From Alphaproteobacteria bacterium (GTDB lineage: Bacteria > Pseudomonadota > Alphaproteobacteria > MPNO01 > UBA830): DNA of 64,000 nt. Every line of letters begins with the position of its first letter. The first letter of the stretch is position 1. Position numbers and translations under genes: made by a program. The notes below the pieces were generated by a model. That model searched no databases. It saw only the letters and a list, made by a program, of their open reading frames with translations, and had not been told where the DNA came from. The stretch spans positions 1,888,001 through 1,952,000 of the forward strand of contig OZ219791.1 of assembly GCA_964291215.2 (NCBI GenBank). Direction: 5' to 3'. This document shows positions 12,701 through 22,506 of this stretch, in pieces.

Positions 12701-12876
12701 TATCGGTCGGCGCTCCGTCGACGCAGATCTGGCGACAGCTTGCGACCGCAGTCGCATTCGGTCTTGCGTTCGCCACCTTGCTGACGCTTCTCGTCACCCC
12801 GGCATTGCTGATGATCCGTGCCAATGTTGCCGCCTGGCGGGTTCGGCGTCGCCGCGTTGCCGCCGCCGCCGAGTGA
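9700..12876 (+). CDS. RND efflux permease (AcrB/AcrD/AcrF family)
   Basis: 1058 aa; GLLVDGAIVV, GIVVNNNIVLID, RLRPVLLT. Confidence 0.93.
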   Translation: MSLIDAAFSRSRTVLSLLALVLIAGLFAYVNIAKEAQPDIAIPNIYVSMILKGISPEDADRLLVRPMDSELRSIEGVKEIRSNAFQGGATILLEFEAGFDADKAIVDVRERVDAAQSGLPDEADRPEVIEINLSLLPVVVITLGGEFPERTMLRLARNLKERIEDISNVLEASVGGDRKERVEIIIDPLMLESYAINPAEVLSIVRRSNRFVAAGSLESDSGSFAVKVPGPFESFRDVWGIPLKASGDSVVTVGDIASVRRTFDDRRTYARLNGRSAISLEVKKRAGENIIDTVEAVKAVVAEESARWPEGVEVEFSNDESHFIRIMLTDLQNNVLAAVLLVMIIVAGTLGLRTGLLVGIAIPGSFLAGVLVLAALGLTVNMVVLFSLILSVGLLVDGAIVVTEYADRKMIETASQCAVGLQESRRLAYAAAARRMAWPIIASTATTLAAFLPLLFWPGVIGEFMRFLPITLIAVLSASLAMALIFVPTLGAQVGMPGTSSRRAINQMIAMETGSVRDVKGWTGIYVRLLEHVLRHPAKVALLALCCLIAAWTLYANFGRGFEFFPKIEPDRAVLKIFARGNMSVDAKAGLVRDVERQILDLQRERGELKSIYILSGHMSRQSDTPADLIGTVNLELADWRTRRKADEILADIVQRSRQFAGIRVETVKEEAGPPVGKPINMLVSSRKPELLAPAVARIRSRLENIGGLKDIEDDRRIPGIEWELSVDRSQAFKFGADVALIGEVIRLVTSGFKVADYRPDDADDEVEIVVRYPEAHRTLDQLDNIRVQTSKGLITVSNFLTRAPRPKTGDVKRIDSRLSMSVKADVLPGVLADDKVREIRAWIENEASLGDEIDITFKGEDREQKEAAAFLQRAFAVALFLMAIILVTQFNRFYSAFLILSAVVMSTSGVMLGLLIIAQPFSVVMSGIGVIALAGIVVNNNIVLIDTFDRLAKTASTPTEAILRTGTQRLRPVLLTTATTILGLTPMVTAVNIDFITREISVGAPSTQIWRQLATAVAFGLAFATLLTLLVTPALLMIRANVAAWRVRRRRVAAAAE

Positions 12877-13236
12877 CTGCAATCGCAAAAGATGGATGGC
12901 TCCGGGCGGGCGGGCGACACGGCGTTCCACGAGATGGCCCCGGCCAGACGGATTTCCTGGTCCCAGTCGCGGTCGGCGGTAAATGAACTGCTGCCATGTC
13001 GGGGAGTCGGATCGTTCCGGCGGAAAAGGCACACCGGTGCGGGCGGTATTTTCGGGCAGGGATCCGTGAATACTCGGGCGCGAATCCGGTCTGGCTGCGA
13101 TATCCGCCTCGCGCCCGTTTCCCGCGGGTGTCGCGCCAGGCGGGCGATCCCACGCCGGTTCCTGTGCGACGACCCGTCGTCCTCTCCCGGCTTGTCGCTG
13201 CACTCCATGGACCGCGTCGGCGCGGAAGACCGGCGG

Positions 13237-14184
13237 TTAGGCATGTTGCGCCCCATAGTACAGGGCGGAAACGTGGGTGGCTTCGGCGAAGAACAGCCAC
13301 CGTTCGACCAGCACGCCCGCCGAAGCCGACAGCGCGGCGACGAACGTCCCCGGTACGGCGATCCACGCCTCGCTCTGGGCGGTTGACGCCGTGAGGATCG
13401 CCGGGATGACGAACCATGCGACGAAGCTGATGCGGCGGAGCTTCTGCGCGTGCTTGCGCGCGATCCGGTAACCCATCTCGCGTTGCACGAAATTCTCCTG
13501 GGTGTGCGGCGGATCGAGAAGCCTCACCGTACTGTCCCGCCCGAGCCCGACCGCGCTTCCCGGTGTCCCAGGCCCCCGGGTGCCGTCGATGGATCGCCAG
13601 TAGGCGCGTTTTGTGTACCAGGCGAGAAACAGCGGGATGATCACCACGAGCGCGATTTCCGGAGAACGGATTCCGAACATCTGCCCCACCGCGTGGAACC
13701 ACAGCGCCCCGGTCAGCCAGGCGAAGACCAGATAACCGGGCACCGTCATCCTGTTGTGCCAGGCGTGAATCGTGCGCAAGGTCGCGTAGATCATGCCGGT
13801 TGCGTGAACCGTCAACACGCACAGTATCGCCAGGACGACGGCAAAGACACTGAAGCCGCCTTCGAGGCTGCCCTCCGCGATCCATCCCCAGCCCGTGAGC
13901 GCCAGCGGAACGTAGGTTGCCGTGGCGAGCACGCCTTCGCGGGACAGCCACGACGACTTCCACTGGGAAAAGGCCCGCCAGGCCCGTTCCGGGCGGCCAA
14001 GATGGAATGTCGATGCCAGCAGGCCGACGGTCACCAGCACCGTCCCGATGCCCAGCCCGGCAACGCCCAGCCATGGGTCGAGCGGCGCCTCCTGCAGCAC
14101 GCCGTAGAGCGCCGTCAGCGCGATCAGCCCGTATCCGGCTCCGGAACAGGTGGTGAAGAAGATGACGGAGTAGGCTGGATGCAT
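13237..14184 (-). CDS. soeC: DmsC-like membrane anchor of sulfite dehydrogenase
   Basis: MHPAYSVIFFTT, HLGRPERAWRAFSQWKSSWLSRE, ERWLFFAEA. Confidence 0.85.
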   Translation of the reverse strand: MHPAYSVIFFTTCSGAGYGLIALTALYGVLQEAPLDPWLGVAGLGIGTVLVTVGLLASTFHLGRPERAWRAFSQWKSSWLSREGVLATATYVPLALTGWGWIAEGSLEGGFSVFAVVLAILCVLTVHATGMIYATLRTIHAWHNRMTVPGYLVFAWLTGALWFHAVGQMFGIRSPEIALVVIIPLFLAWYTKRAYWRSIDGTRGPGTPGSAVGLGRDSTVRLLDPPHTQENFVQREMGYRIARKHAQKLRRISFVAWFVIPAILTASTAQSEAWIAVPGTFVAALSASAGVLVERWLFFAEATHVSALYYGAQHA

Positions 14185-14206
14185 GCGGATATCGGGATCG
14201 GGCGGA

Positions 14207-14947
14207 CTAGCGCGACAGTACGCGGTCAACCCACCTGAGGAACCGGCCCTGTTCATCGGACTGCAGAGAAATCACCGGTTCGAGCGGTTCCGGTCCGTCG
14301 GCCGACGCCGGTGGCCGCGGAGGCAGGTACCGGTTGACGGGCCGGTAGCCCAGTTCCGGCAGCAACTCGCGTCCGTCGCGCTCGGCGACCAGCTGCGACA
14401 CCTCCGAATCGGGGTCGCCGAGATCGCCAAAGTGGCGGGCATTGGCCGGACATGTCGAGACGCAGGCCGGCACCCGTTCGCTCTCCGGCAGGTTCCGGTT
14501 GTAGATCCGGTCGATGCAGAGCGTGCATTTCTTCATCACGCCGGCGTCGCTGTCATATTCGCGGGCGCCGTAGGGGCACGCCCACGAACACAGCTTGCAC
14601 CCGATGCAGGCGTCTTCGTTGACCAGAACGATGCCGTCTTCGTCGCGCTTGTAGGACGCGCCGGTCGGGCACACGGTCACGCATTCCGCGTTCTCGCAAT
14701 GGAGGCAGGAGCGCGGAAAATGGAGCGTCCGGCTTGATGACCCCTCGCCGGCCTCGAAGGTATGCACGCGGTTGAACCACACCCCGGTCGGGTCGGCGCC
14801 GTAGGGGTCGTGGTCGGGAAGCGGACCCGAATGGCCGCCGGTATTCCACTCCTTGCAGTTCACGGCGCAGGCATGGCAGCCGACGCAGGTGTCGAGATCG
14901 ATGACTAGGCCAAGCCGGACCGGCCCTTCGGGTGGGAGGCGCGTCAC
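14207..14947 (-). CDS. soeB: 4Fe-4S dicluster subunit
   Basis: LGLVIDLDTCVGCHAC, CLHC, CIGCKLC, KKCTLC; GTG start overlaps the soeA stop. Confidence 0.85.
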   Translation of the reverse strand: MTRLPPEGPVRLGLVIDLDTCVGCHACAVNCKEWNTGGHSGPLPDHDPYGADPTGVWFNRVHTFEAGEGSSSRTLHFPRSCLHCENAECVTVCPTGASYKRDEDGIVLVNEDACIGCKLCSWACPYGAREYDSDAGVMKKCTLCIDRIYNRNLPESERVPACVSTCPANARHFGDLGDPDSEVSQLVAERDGRELLPELGYRPVNRYLPPRPPASADGPEPLEPVISLQSDEQGRFLRWVDRVLSR

Positions 14948-17856
14948 GGGCCGGGCTCCCGGCCGTTGCCGGCGCGCGATGCGCGCGGCGCGAATGCGGC
15001 GCCGTAGCGCAGTATTCCGGGCCGTCGCGCAAAACCGGGGGAGGGGGGCTGGGGCGGCAGTTCGGGCACCGCCCCGACACTCTCGCCTGGCGCCATCTTC
15101 TCGATTCGGACGCACAAATCGTACCAGGCTGCCTGGCCGGTGATCGGATCCGAATTGGCGTAGCGGTAGCCGTCCTCCCGCGGCGGCAACAGTTCCGAGA
15201 TCACATGGTTGAGGAGGAAGCCCTGCGTTGCCTCCGGCGCGTCCGGGGAGAGGTTCCAGGCGCCCGCGCGCCGCCCGAGGGCGTTCCAGGTCCACACCGT
15301 GTCGCGCTGGGTGCCTTCCATCAGGCGTATCCGCGCGCCGATGCGGCCGTGGCGGCTGATGACCCAGACCTGGTCCTCGTCTTCGAGGCCAGCGGAGGCG
15401 GCTTCATCGCGATTGACGTAGAGCCGGTTTCCGCCGTGGATCTGGCGCAGCCAGGCGTTCTGCCCGCCCCACGAGTGATACATCGCCATCGGCCTCTGGG
15501 TGATGGCATGAAACGGGTAATCTTCTGCGCCGTCGTGCTGGGATTCGAGCGATCGGTACCAGACCGGCAGCGGGTCGAAGTAGCCCTCCACCCTGACCCG
15601 GTGAACCTCCGGCGGCCTGACCGCCCCGTGGCCGCCGGCCGCGAGCCGGAATCGCTGGAGCGGCTCGGAGTAGATCTGCATGATAATCTGCTCAGAGGAT
15701 CTGATCCAGCCCATGTTCTGCGCATAGTCGAGATAGTTCTTGTTGGCGTGCTTGTAGTAACGGAGGCCGGGCGGCAGTTCCTCGCGCCAGAAGCAGCCGT
15801 TCTCGACATAGCGGTCGAGTTGTCGGGCGTTTGCGTCCCCCCTGCCGCGCTGTTCGCCGTCTTCGCCCCGCCAGCCGGCCAGCGGCCCGATTCCCGGCAG
15901 GCGCTCATGGTTGACGATGTAGTCTTCATATCCCCCGGGATAGGCCGGCGATCCGTCGTCATTGGTCATTCCGGGCAGTCCGAGCCGTGCGCCAAGATCG
16001 AGCAGAACGGACTGGAAGGGGCGGACATCGCGGTCAGGTTCCACCACCGGCTGGCGGATGGCGTCCGCGGCCCCGTCGGCGTTGCCGATGGGCCGGTCGA
16101 GCAGCGAGATGCAGTCCCAGCGTTCGAGATAGGTGGTGTCCGGGAGTATCACGTCGGAGAAGGGGACCATTTCCGACCAGAAGGCGTCGGAATAGACGAT
16201 GAAGGGAATCCGGTACTCGTCGCTGTCCGGTTTCCGGTCGGTCAGCATTTCGATCACGCGGGAGACGTTCATGGACGAGTTCCAGGCCATGTTGGCCATG
16301 TACATGAACAGTGTGTCGATCGGGTACGGGTCCTCCTTCCAGGCGTTGGTGATGACCATGTGCATCAGGCCGTGGGCGGCCAGGGGAGCCTCCCACGAAT
16401 AGGCCTTGTCGATTCGGAGCGCCTGCCCGTCCGCGTCGACCAGGAGGTCGTCCGGGCCCGTCGGAAATCCCAGCGGCGGCCCCGCCAGGGGCGTGTCCGG
16501 CGCAACCTGGCCATCCTTGCCGACCGGTTTCTGGGGCGGCGGACACGGGCGCGGGAAGGGGGGCTTGTACCGGAAGCCGCCTGGCACGTCGATTGATCCC
16601 AGCAGCATCTGCAGGAGATGGATGGCGCGGCAGGTCTGAAAGCCGTTCGAGTGCGCGGAAATGCCGCGCATGGCGTGCATCGCGACCGGGCGGCCGATCA
16701 TGCGGTCGTGGCGGCGTCCGGCCCAGTCGGTCCATTCCGCCTCGATCACGATTTCCCGATCGAATGCCGCCTCCGCTAGCTCGGACGCGATCCGGCGGAT
16801 CTTGTCGGCGGGAATGCCGCAGCGCAGCGCTGCCGAATCCGGCGCATAGGTGGTGTCGAGATAACGTTCGGCGAGGAGCTGGAATACCGGCGTAGCGCTG
16901 CGCCCGTCCTCCAGCGTGAACGAGCCCGCCATGACCGGCGAAACGGTCGGGAGCCGCGCGTCGGCGGGCTGTCCCGAATTGCGGTCGAAACACAGCGGTT
17001 CGCCGTCCGGGCCGCGCGCGAAGAGTCCGTCATCCGGTGCTCCCCGGTCCCTGATGACCAGCCACGGCGCGTTGGTGTAGCGCGCGAGAAAGTCGAGATC
17101 GACGCGGTCGGCCCGTAGCAGTTCGTGGATCAACGCAAGCACAAAGGCACCGTCGCTGCCGGGCCGGACGGCGACCCATTCGTCGGCAATCGCCGAGTAG
17201 CCCGTCTTGACCGGGTTGACCGACACGAATTTCGCGCCGCGTGCCTTGAGGGTCGCAAGTCCGCCCTTGATCGGGTTGGAATCGTGATCTTCGGCGACCC
17301 CGAACATCATGAAATACTCGGTGTGCTCCCAGTCCGGCTCGCCGAACTCCCAGAACGATCCGCCGATGGTGTAGAGCCCCGCGGCCGCCATGTTCACCGA
17401 GCAGAAACCGCCGTGGGCGGCATGGTTCGGCGTCCCGAACTGGCTTGCCCACCACGCGGTCAGCGACTGGCTCTGGTCGCGGCCGGTGAAAAAGGCGAGC
17501 TTTCTCGGATCCTCGGCCCGGACGCGCGCCAGCCGCCGGGTCACGAGTCCGAGGACTTCTTCCCAATCGGCCTCGCGGAACTCGCCCGACCCCCGCGGCC
17601 CGGTGCGCACCAGCGGTCCGGAGAGGCGCGCTGGCGAGTGATGCTGCATGATTCCGGCGGAGCCCTTGGCGCACAGGACGCCCTTGTTCACCGGATGATC
17701 GCGATTGCCTTCGATGTAGCGAATCTGCCCGTCCCTGAGGTGGACCTTGATGCCGCATCGGCACGCGCACATGTAGCAGGTTGTGGCGCGGGTCTCGTCG
17801 GCGACGGTCGGCGACAGGTCTATCTCTTCTTCGGGGGTGAACAGTTCGCCTATCAC
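14944..17856 (-). CDS. soeA: Molybdopterin catalytic subunit of sulfite:quinone dehydrogenase
   Basis: TTCYMCACRCGI, FFTGRDQSQS, AHGGFCSVNMA, SDPITGQAAWYDL; no Tat signal seen. Confidence 0.88.
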   Translation of the reverse strand: MIGELFTPEEEIDLSPTVADETRATTCYMCACRCGIKVHLRDGQIRYIEGNRDHPVNKGVLCAKGSAGIMQHHSPARLSGPLVRTGPRGSGEFREADWEEVLGLVTRRLARVRAEDPRKLAFFTGRDQSQSLTAWWASQFGTPNHAAHGGFCSVNMAAAGLYTIGGSFWEFGEPDWEHTEYFMMFGVAEDHDSNPIKGGLATLKARGAKFVSVNPVKTGYSAIADEWVAVRPGSDGAFVLALIHELLRADRVDLDFLARYTNAPWLVIRDRGAPDDGLFARGPDGEPLCFDRNSGQPADARLPTVSPVMAGSFTLEDGRSATPVFQLLAERYLDTTYAPDSAALRCGIPADKIRRIASELAEAAFDREIVIEAEWTDWAGRRHDRMIGRPVAMHAMRGISAHSNGFQTCRAIHLLQMLLGSIDVPGGFRYKPPFPRPCPPPQKPVGKDGQVAPDTPLAGPPLGFPTGPDDLLVDADGQALRIDKAYSWEAPLAAHGLMHMVITNAWKEDPYPIDTLFMYMANMAWNSSMNVSRVIEMLTDRKPDSDEYRIPFIVYSDAFWSEMVPFSDVILPDTTYLERWDCISLLDRPIGNADGAADAIRQPVVEPDRDVRPFQSVLLDLGARLGLPGMTNDDGSPAYPGGYEDYIVNHERLPGIGPLAGWRGEDGEQRGRGDANARQLDRYVENGCFWREELPPGLRYYKHANKNYLDYAQNMGWIRSSEQIIMQIYSEPLQRFRLAAGGHGAVRPPEVHRVRVEGYFDPLPVWYRSLESQHDGAEDYPFHAITQRPMAMYHSWGGQNAWLRQIHGGNRLYVNRDEAASAGLEDEDQVWVISRHGRIGARIRLMEGTQRDTVWTWNALGRRAGAWNLSPDAPEATQGFLLNHVISELLPPREDGYRYANSDPITGQAAWYDLCVRIEKMAPGESVGAVPELPPQPPSPGFARRPGILRYGAAFAPRASRAGNGREPGP

Positions 17857-18032
17857 GGGTTTCTTCGCTGTTTGACAGTGCCGGCCCCGGCGGCGTTGAG
17901 GAGATTTCGGGGGCGGGTAATCAGGATCAGCCGGGAAGGCGCGCCGCGAAATGGTGCATGAATCTTGGCGCTCTCTAGCCTCGCCAACCTATGCCGGAGG
18001 CGTCGGTCGGTCAAGCGAACCGTGCTGCCTCC

Positions 18033-19693
18033 CAGGGCTATTCTGTTGCCGTCCCAGCGATCGGCGCATGCTGATTTTGGTCCGGGCATTCCGTTTTCGC
18101 CGTGGCAGTGTGCCGGCATGGCGACGCTTGCGACCCCGGATTCCCTCCTTCGCGAGGTGACGGTGCGCCCGTGGCGCACGTGAGCACCGGCTCCGGGACC
18201 ATCTGGTGAAGGAGCATCACTAGCTGCGGTTTCACGGCATCAAGGGTCTGCGCCATGTCGCCCTGCACGGCGAGACCTAGGTGGTCGGCTGGCGGCGCGT
18301 TCAAGCTTGCTGCACCGCTGGATCGCTGCGGAGCAGCAGTGCCTGCATCTGATCGCGAACAATTCCCGGTTCGTTGGGGGCATGCCGAACCTGGCGTGCC
18401 TTCGACGGCTGGACATCGAGGCCGCGCGTTCCTCGCGGAGATGTTCGTCAAGCGCTTCGCCGGAACCTGCTATCGCGCGGCGAACTGGCGCTCGCTTGAC
18501 GCTCGGTCGCGAGCGGCTCCGCGCGCTTCCGTCACCACGGCCAGGAGATCTTCATGTACGAACTGGGGCCGCCGGGACGCGATCCCGGAGAGCGCAGCAC
18601 GACAGTGCCGGGCCCCGGCTGCGCAGCCTGTGCCTGGGCGAGGTGTGCCGCAAGGGCAAGCGCTATCCGCTGAGAACCATTCTCGCGGCTCGCCGGCTAC
18701 TGCGGCGTGACCGCATTCGCCGCCCTCCAGGAACAGCTTGCGGCGGTGAACTCGTTCTTCAGCCCGAAGCGCTACACCGCACCCACACCTTCCACACCAT
18801 CCTCGCTGACCTGCCGCCCGAGACCCTGCCCTGTGGACGGCCCGGCAGCAGACACGACGGCAAGGACATCCGCAGCGCCTCCAGCCGAGAACGCCCGGCG
18901 GATGATGGGGTCGAGCACGGATGGTTCTCGGCCAGGCGAAGAGCAACGAGACCCCCCTCGCCAGCAGCATCAACGTCACCGGCCGCATCGTCACCATGGA
19001 CGCGATGCACGCTCAGCACGAGCGGCGGCTTCTCGAGCGCCGCATGTCGTCACGGTGATCAAGAATAACCAGGAGACCATGCTCGACGACCTCAAGGCCA
19101 TCGACTTCGAGGGCTCGTTCGAAACCCTCGACAAGGGCGCATCGAGCGCCGCCGTGGTCGACATCTCCGGCGCCGAGCGGAACCGCTGCGCTGCTCTCCA
19201 CGGTCGCCGCCATCCGCATCGAGCGCGAGATCTGCAAGACCAAAGAGAGCAGCGTCGAGACCACCTGGTGCCTCACCTCGCTCGGCCCCGAACGCCCCGA
19301 GATGCTTCTGGCGCGCGGGTCATCGAAAATCGACTCCGCCACGTACGCGATTTCACCTGCGACGAAGACCGCTGCAGGGTGCGCCGCGCAACCTCTTGAC
19401 AAACGCCGCCATCGTGCGCTGCGGCGGACACTTCATGCCCGAGGCCAACCGGCACTACGCCGCCCGCGCCCGGGATGCGCACCATCCTCATCCCGCAGAT
19501 AAACCTTCGCCCCTGACCCCGCGCCACAAGCCGGGAACGCGCCGACGCAACAGGACAGCTCTGCTCGAACACTCGAAAAAGCGTGCCCGGCCTGATGCAC
19601 CAGCCACTGAAACCGGCCCACAGTAAACCCGGGGTGCCATGCCAGGTCCCTGTCACATCAGCAATCCACAGGCCCGACAAAAAAATGGTCCTG
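18033..19693 (+). mobile_element. Degenerate ISAs1 element with N-terminal DUF4338 domain
   Basis: TIRs cagggctattctgttg / cgacaaaaaaatggtcctg; 10-bp TSD tgctgcctcc / cgctgcctcc; fragments HLIANNSRFV, EMFV.KRFAGTCYRAANW, DGKDIR, IVTMDAMHAQ, IKNNQ, IENRLRHVRDFTCDEDRCR. Confidence 0.9.
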
Positions 19694-20043
19694 CGCTGCC
19701 TCCCACGATGACCCCATGCTAATTCGGAGACGCGAAATCCGAATGCGTTGGGGCTCGCGTCATCAGGGATCGCCTCCTTGACCGCAATTTTCGTGCCGAG
19801 AAGGCCTTATCGAGCCTTGGCGGCACGATTGCAGCGCGACGCAAACTGAAAAAATCTCGCCAGTTGTTTCAGGTTAGCAGCGTGGGATCACCGTGGCCAC
19901 CTTCCGGCGCGGCAAGTTCCTACTTGCCACTGACGGGGACAGGCACCATATAGCTCTTGTGGTTCGGAGGGGTTGTTCCGAGCCTTGCGGGGCCGGAAAC
20001 ACTTTCGGATCATAACCACGCCCGAAACCAGAAAGGAACCGGA

Positions 20044-20703
20044 ATGTCTCTCAAAATCGGCGACGACGCCCCGAATTTCACGGCTGACACCACGATAGGC
20101 CGGATAGATTTTCACGAATGGATCGGGGACTCGTGGTGCATCATCTTCTCGCACCCGAAGGACTTCACGCCAGTCTGCACCACCGAGCTTGGCTACATGG
20201 CCAAGCTGAAACCGGAATTCGAGGCCCGCGACGTCAAGGTCATTGGCCTCAGCATTGATTCCGCAGACAGCCATGCGGGCTGGTCGAAGGACATCGAGGA
20301 CGTGACCGGCCAGGCGCCCAACTATCCGCTGATCGCCGATACCGACCTTGCGGTCGCGAAGCTCTACGACATGCTGCCGGCCGAGGAGCCCGGTGACGCT
20401 TCCGGGCGCACCGCGGCCGACAACGCGACGGTGCGGACCGTCTTCGCAATCGGACCAGACAAGAAGATCAAGCTGATGCTGGCCTATCCGATGAGCACCG
20501 GGCGGAACTTCGACGAGATCCTGCGTGTCGTCGATTCCCTGCAGCTCACCGCCAAACACAAGGTTGCAACCCCGGTCAACTGGCAGTCCGGAGAGGATGT
20601 GATCATCCTACCGGCGATATCGGATGAAGACGCGCGGAAAAGCTATCTGGATGGTTGGACGGCTCCCAAGCCCTATCTTCGCATCGTGCCGCAGCCCGAA
20701 TAG
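20044..20703 (+). CDS. 1-Cys peroxiredoxin (Prx6 type)
   Basis: FSHPKDFTPVCTTE, YPMSTGRNFDEILR, VATPVNW. Confidence 0.93.
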   Translation: MSLKIGDDAPNFTADTTIGRIDFHEWIGDSWCIIFSHPKDFTPVCTTELGYMAKLKPEFEARDVKVIGLSIDSADSHAGWSKDIEDVTGQAPNYPLIADTDLAVAKLYDMLPAEEPGDASGRTAADNATVRTVFAIGPDKKIKLMLAYPMSTGRNFDEILRVVDSLQLTAKHKVATPVNWQSGEDVIILPAISDEDARKSYLDGWTAPKPYLRIVPQPE

Positions 20704-20753
20704 GACGCCATGCGGGAACCGCAAATCCTCCGCCCTTCGGGGCCGAAGCCGGC

Positions 20754-21023
20754 ATGAGCGTCGCAGAGACGATCGAGAGGAAGCTGCGGGATGCGTTTAC
20801 GCCGACGGCGCTCAACATCGTCGACGAGTCTCACCTTCACGCGGGCCATGTCGGCGCTCGCGCTGAAGGCGAGACCCATTTCCGGGTTGTGATCGAGGCC
20901 GAGGCCTTTCGCGGCGGATCGCGGGTCGATCGCCAGCGGCAGGTATACCGCGTGCTCCGGCAGGAGCTTGACGGTCCCGTTCACGCGCTTTCGGTATCGG
21001 CCTCGGCGCCGGCCGGCACCTGA
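20754..21023 (+). CDS. bolA: BolA family protein
   Basis: DESHLHAGH, ETHFRV, SRVDRQRQVY, VHALS. Confidence 0.9.
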   Translation: MSVAETIERKLRDAFTPTALNIVDESHLHAGHVGARAEGETHFRVVIEAEAFRGGSRVDRQRQVYRVLRQELDGPVHALSVSASAPAGT

Positions 21024-21174
21024 CCGGCGGTCCGGCGTGTCCCGCCGGGTCCGGGAGTGGCTTCCAGGGGCGCATGGGTCGACAACAGGCTCGCCCGGAA
21101 CTTCGAGTGCCGGGAGGACGATGCGCCGGCCCCGGGAAGGGAGCCCGAAGGCTGCGGAACTTCCCCGGGGAGGT

Positions 21175-21264
21175 TGGCGGAGAGAGTGGGATTCGAACCC
21201 ACGATACGGTTGCCCGTATACTGATTTAGCAAACCAGCGCCTTCAGCCACTCGGCCATCTCTCC
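21175..21264 (-). tRNA. tRNA-Ser(GCT)
   Basis: GGAGAGATGGCCGAGTGG..., anticodon loop TTGCTAA, long variable arm, GGTTCGAATCC, CCA end. Confidence 0.95.
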
Positions 21265-21301
21265 AAGATGAGTGGCGAGTCTCACGCCGTATGCAAAGCC
21301 G

Positions 21302-21330
21302 TGTATACGGTTGGCCTTTCGCACTGTCAA
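21302..21330 (-). promoter_or_regulatory. Sigma70-like promoter of tRNA-Ser
   Basis: TTGACA-N17-TATACA upstream of the tRNA. Confidence 0.7.
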
Positions 21331-22506
21331 CATGCAAGACCTGCTCCGGTTCGGCCGGGCGGACCCCGCGGCCGATTGGAGATCTGAGGCGATACAGCGT
21401 GGCGGTCGCCATCAAAGCCTTGGCGCCGTCGTGCTGTCATGGGGTCCGTTGCGCGTCTTTCAATCTGACACCATCGAGTCCGTTGATTTCTGCATATCGT
21501 GTTCCCGCATTTTTCTGTGATGCTCGACGAAGTAGAGGAGGAGTTGGTATCCCGCCAGAGTTTCTCGGTTCCCGGCAGGGGTTGGCGTTTGCCGGGGATG
21601 AAGCCTGCCACGCGTGCGACCTCGATGGCGAAGACTTTGATGGTCGGTTCGGGGTCGGGAGGCCCACGCGGTTGGTGCTGTTTATAGATCTTGTAATTGT
21701 TCAGGGCCGTGATCTCGTCGCGGTGGACGATGCGGCTGGCCGGCGTGTCGGGCGTGCTCGACGGTCATGACGCGGCATGCGGTGATCGCGTCGAAGGCCG
21801 GACACTTCCTCAGGTCGTCGGCCTGGCCGGTCCTCGATCCGTGTGCCGACCTTCAGGGCCTTGAAGTATTCTTCAATCAGCCATCGCCTTTCGTGGAAGG
21901 AGACGGTGTCGAGGGCAGCGGTGACGTCGCCTTCGGTGGTGAGCAGCATCCAGTCGAGAGGATCTGCCGGTGGGCCGGGTTCCGTGATGTGTACGGCCAT
22001 CATGGAGAGCGGCGGCGTTCCCCGGGGCTTCCAGTCCGGTGGCGCAAGGTCGACCCTTGCCGTGCGGACTTCGAGGCCCTTGCGCTCCTTGCGGCGACGC
22101 GGCCCTCCGCAGGCTGCGATGTCGATCGGCCTGGTCGCGATGCACGGCTCATCGGCCATGTGGTCCCGAAGGTCCCGGTGCGCGCCCGTTGCGGTGATCA
22201 CGCGGCGGCATGTCGAGCGCCTGACGCGTACCAGCAGACCAGCTCCGAGCCAGCAGGTCCCGGATGTCGCCTTCACGGATCACCAGCACTTTTGTCGAGG
22301 GACAGGCCAGTTCCACGGCCCTGTCGTACCCGCCGGCTCTCCTTGTCGTCCTCCTCGTGATCCAGATCGAGACGGAAGTCTGCGTCGAGATGGAACAGGC
22401 CGAGGGCACAGCCGCCTTCGGTGAAGGCGGCCCCGGCGTGGGCCGCAATGCCAAGGGCACCCGAGCCGCCGATGTCGACAAGACCCGCCTCCAGGCTATT
22501 GTAATT

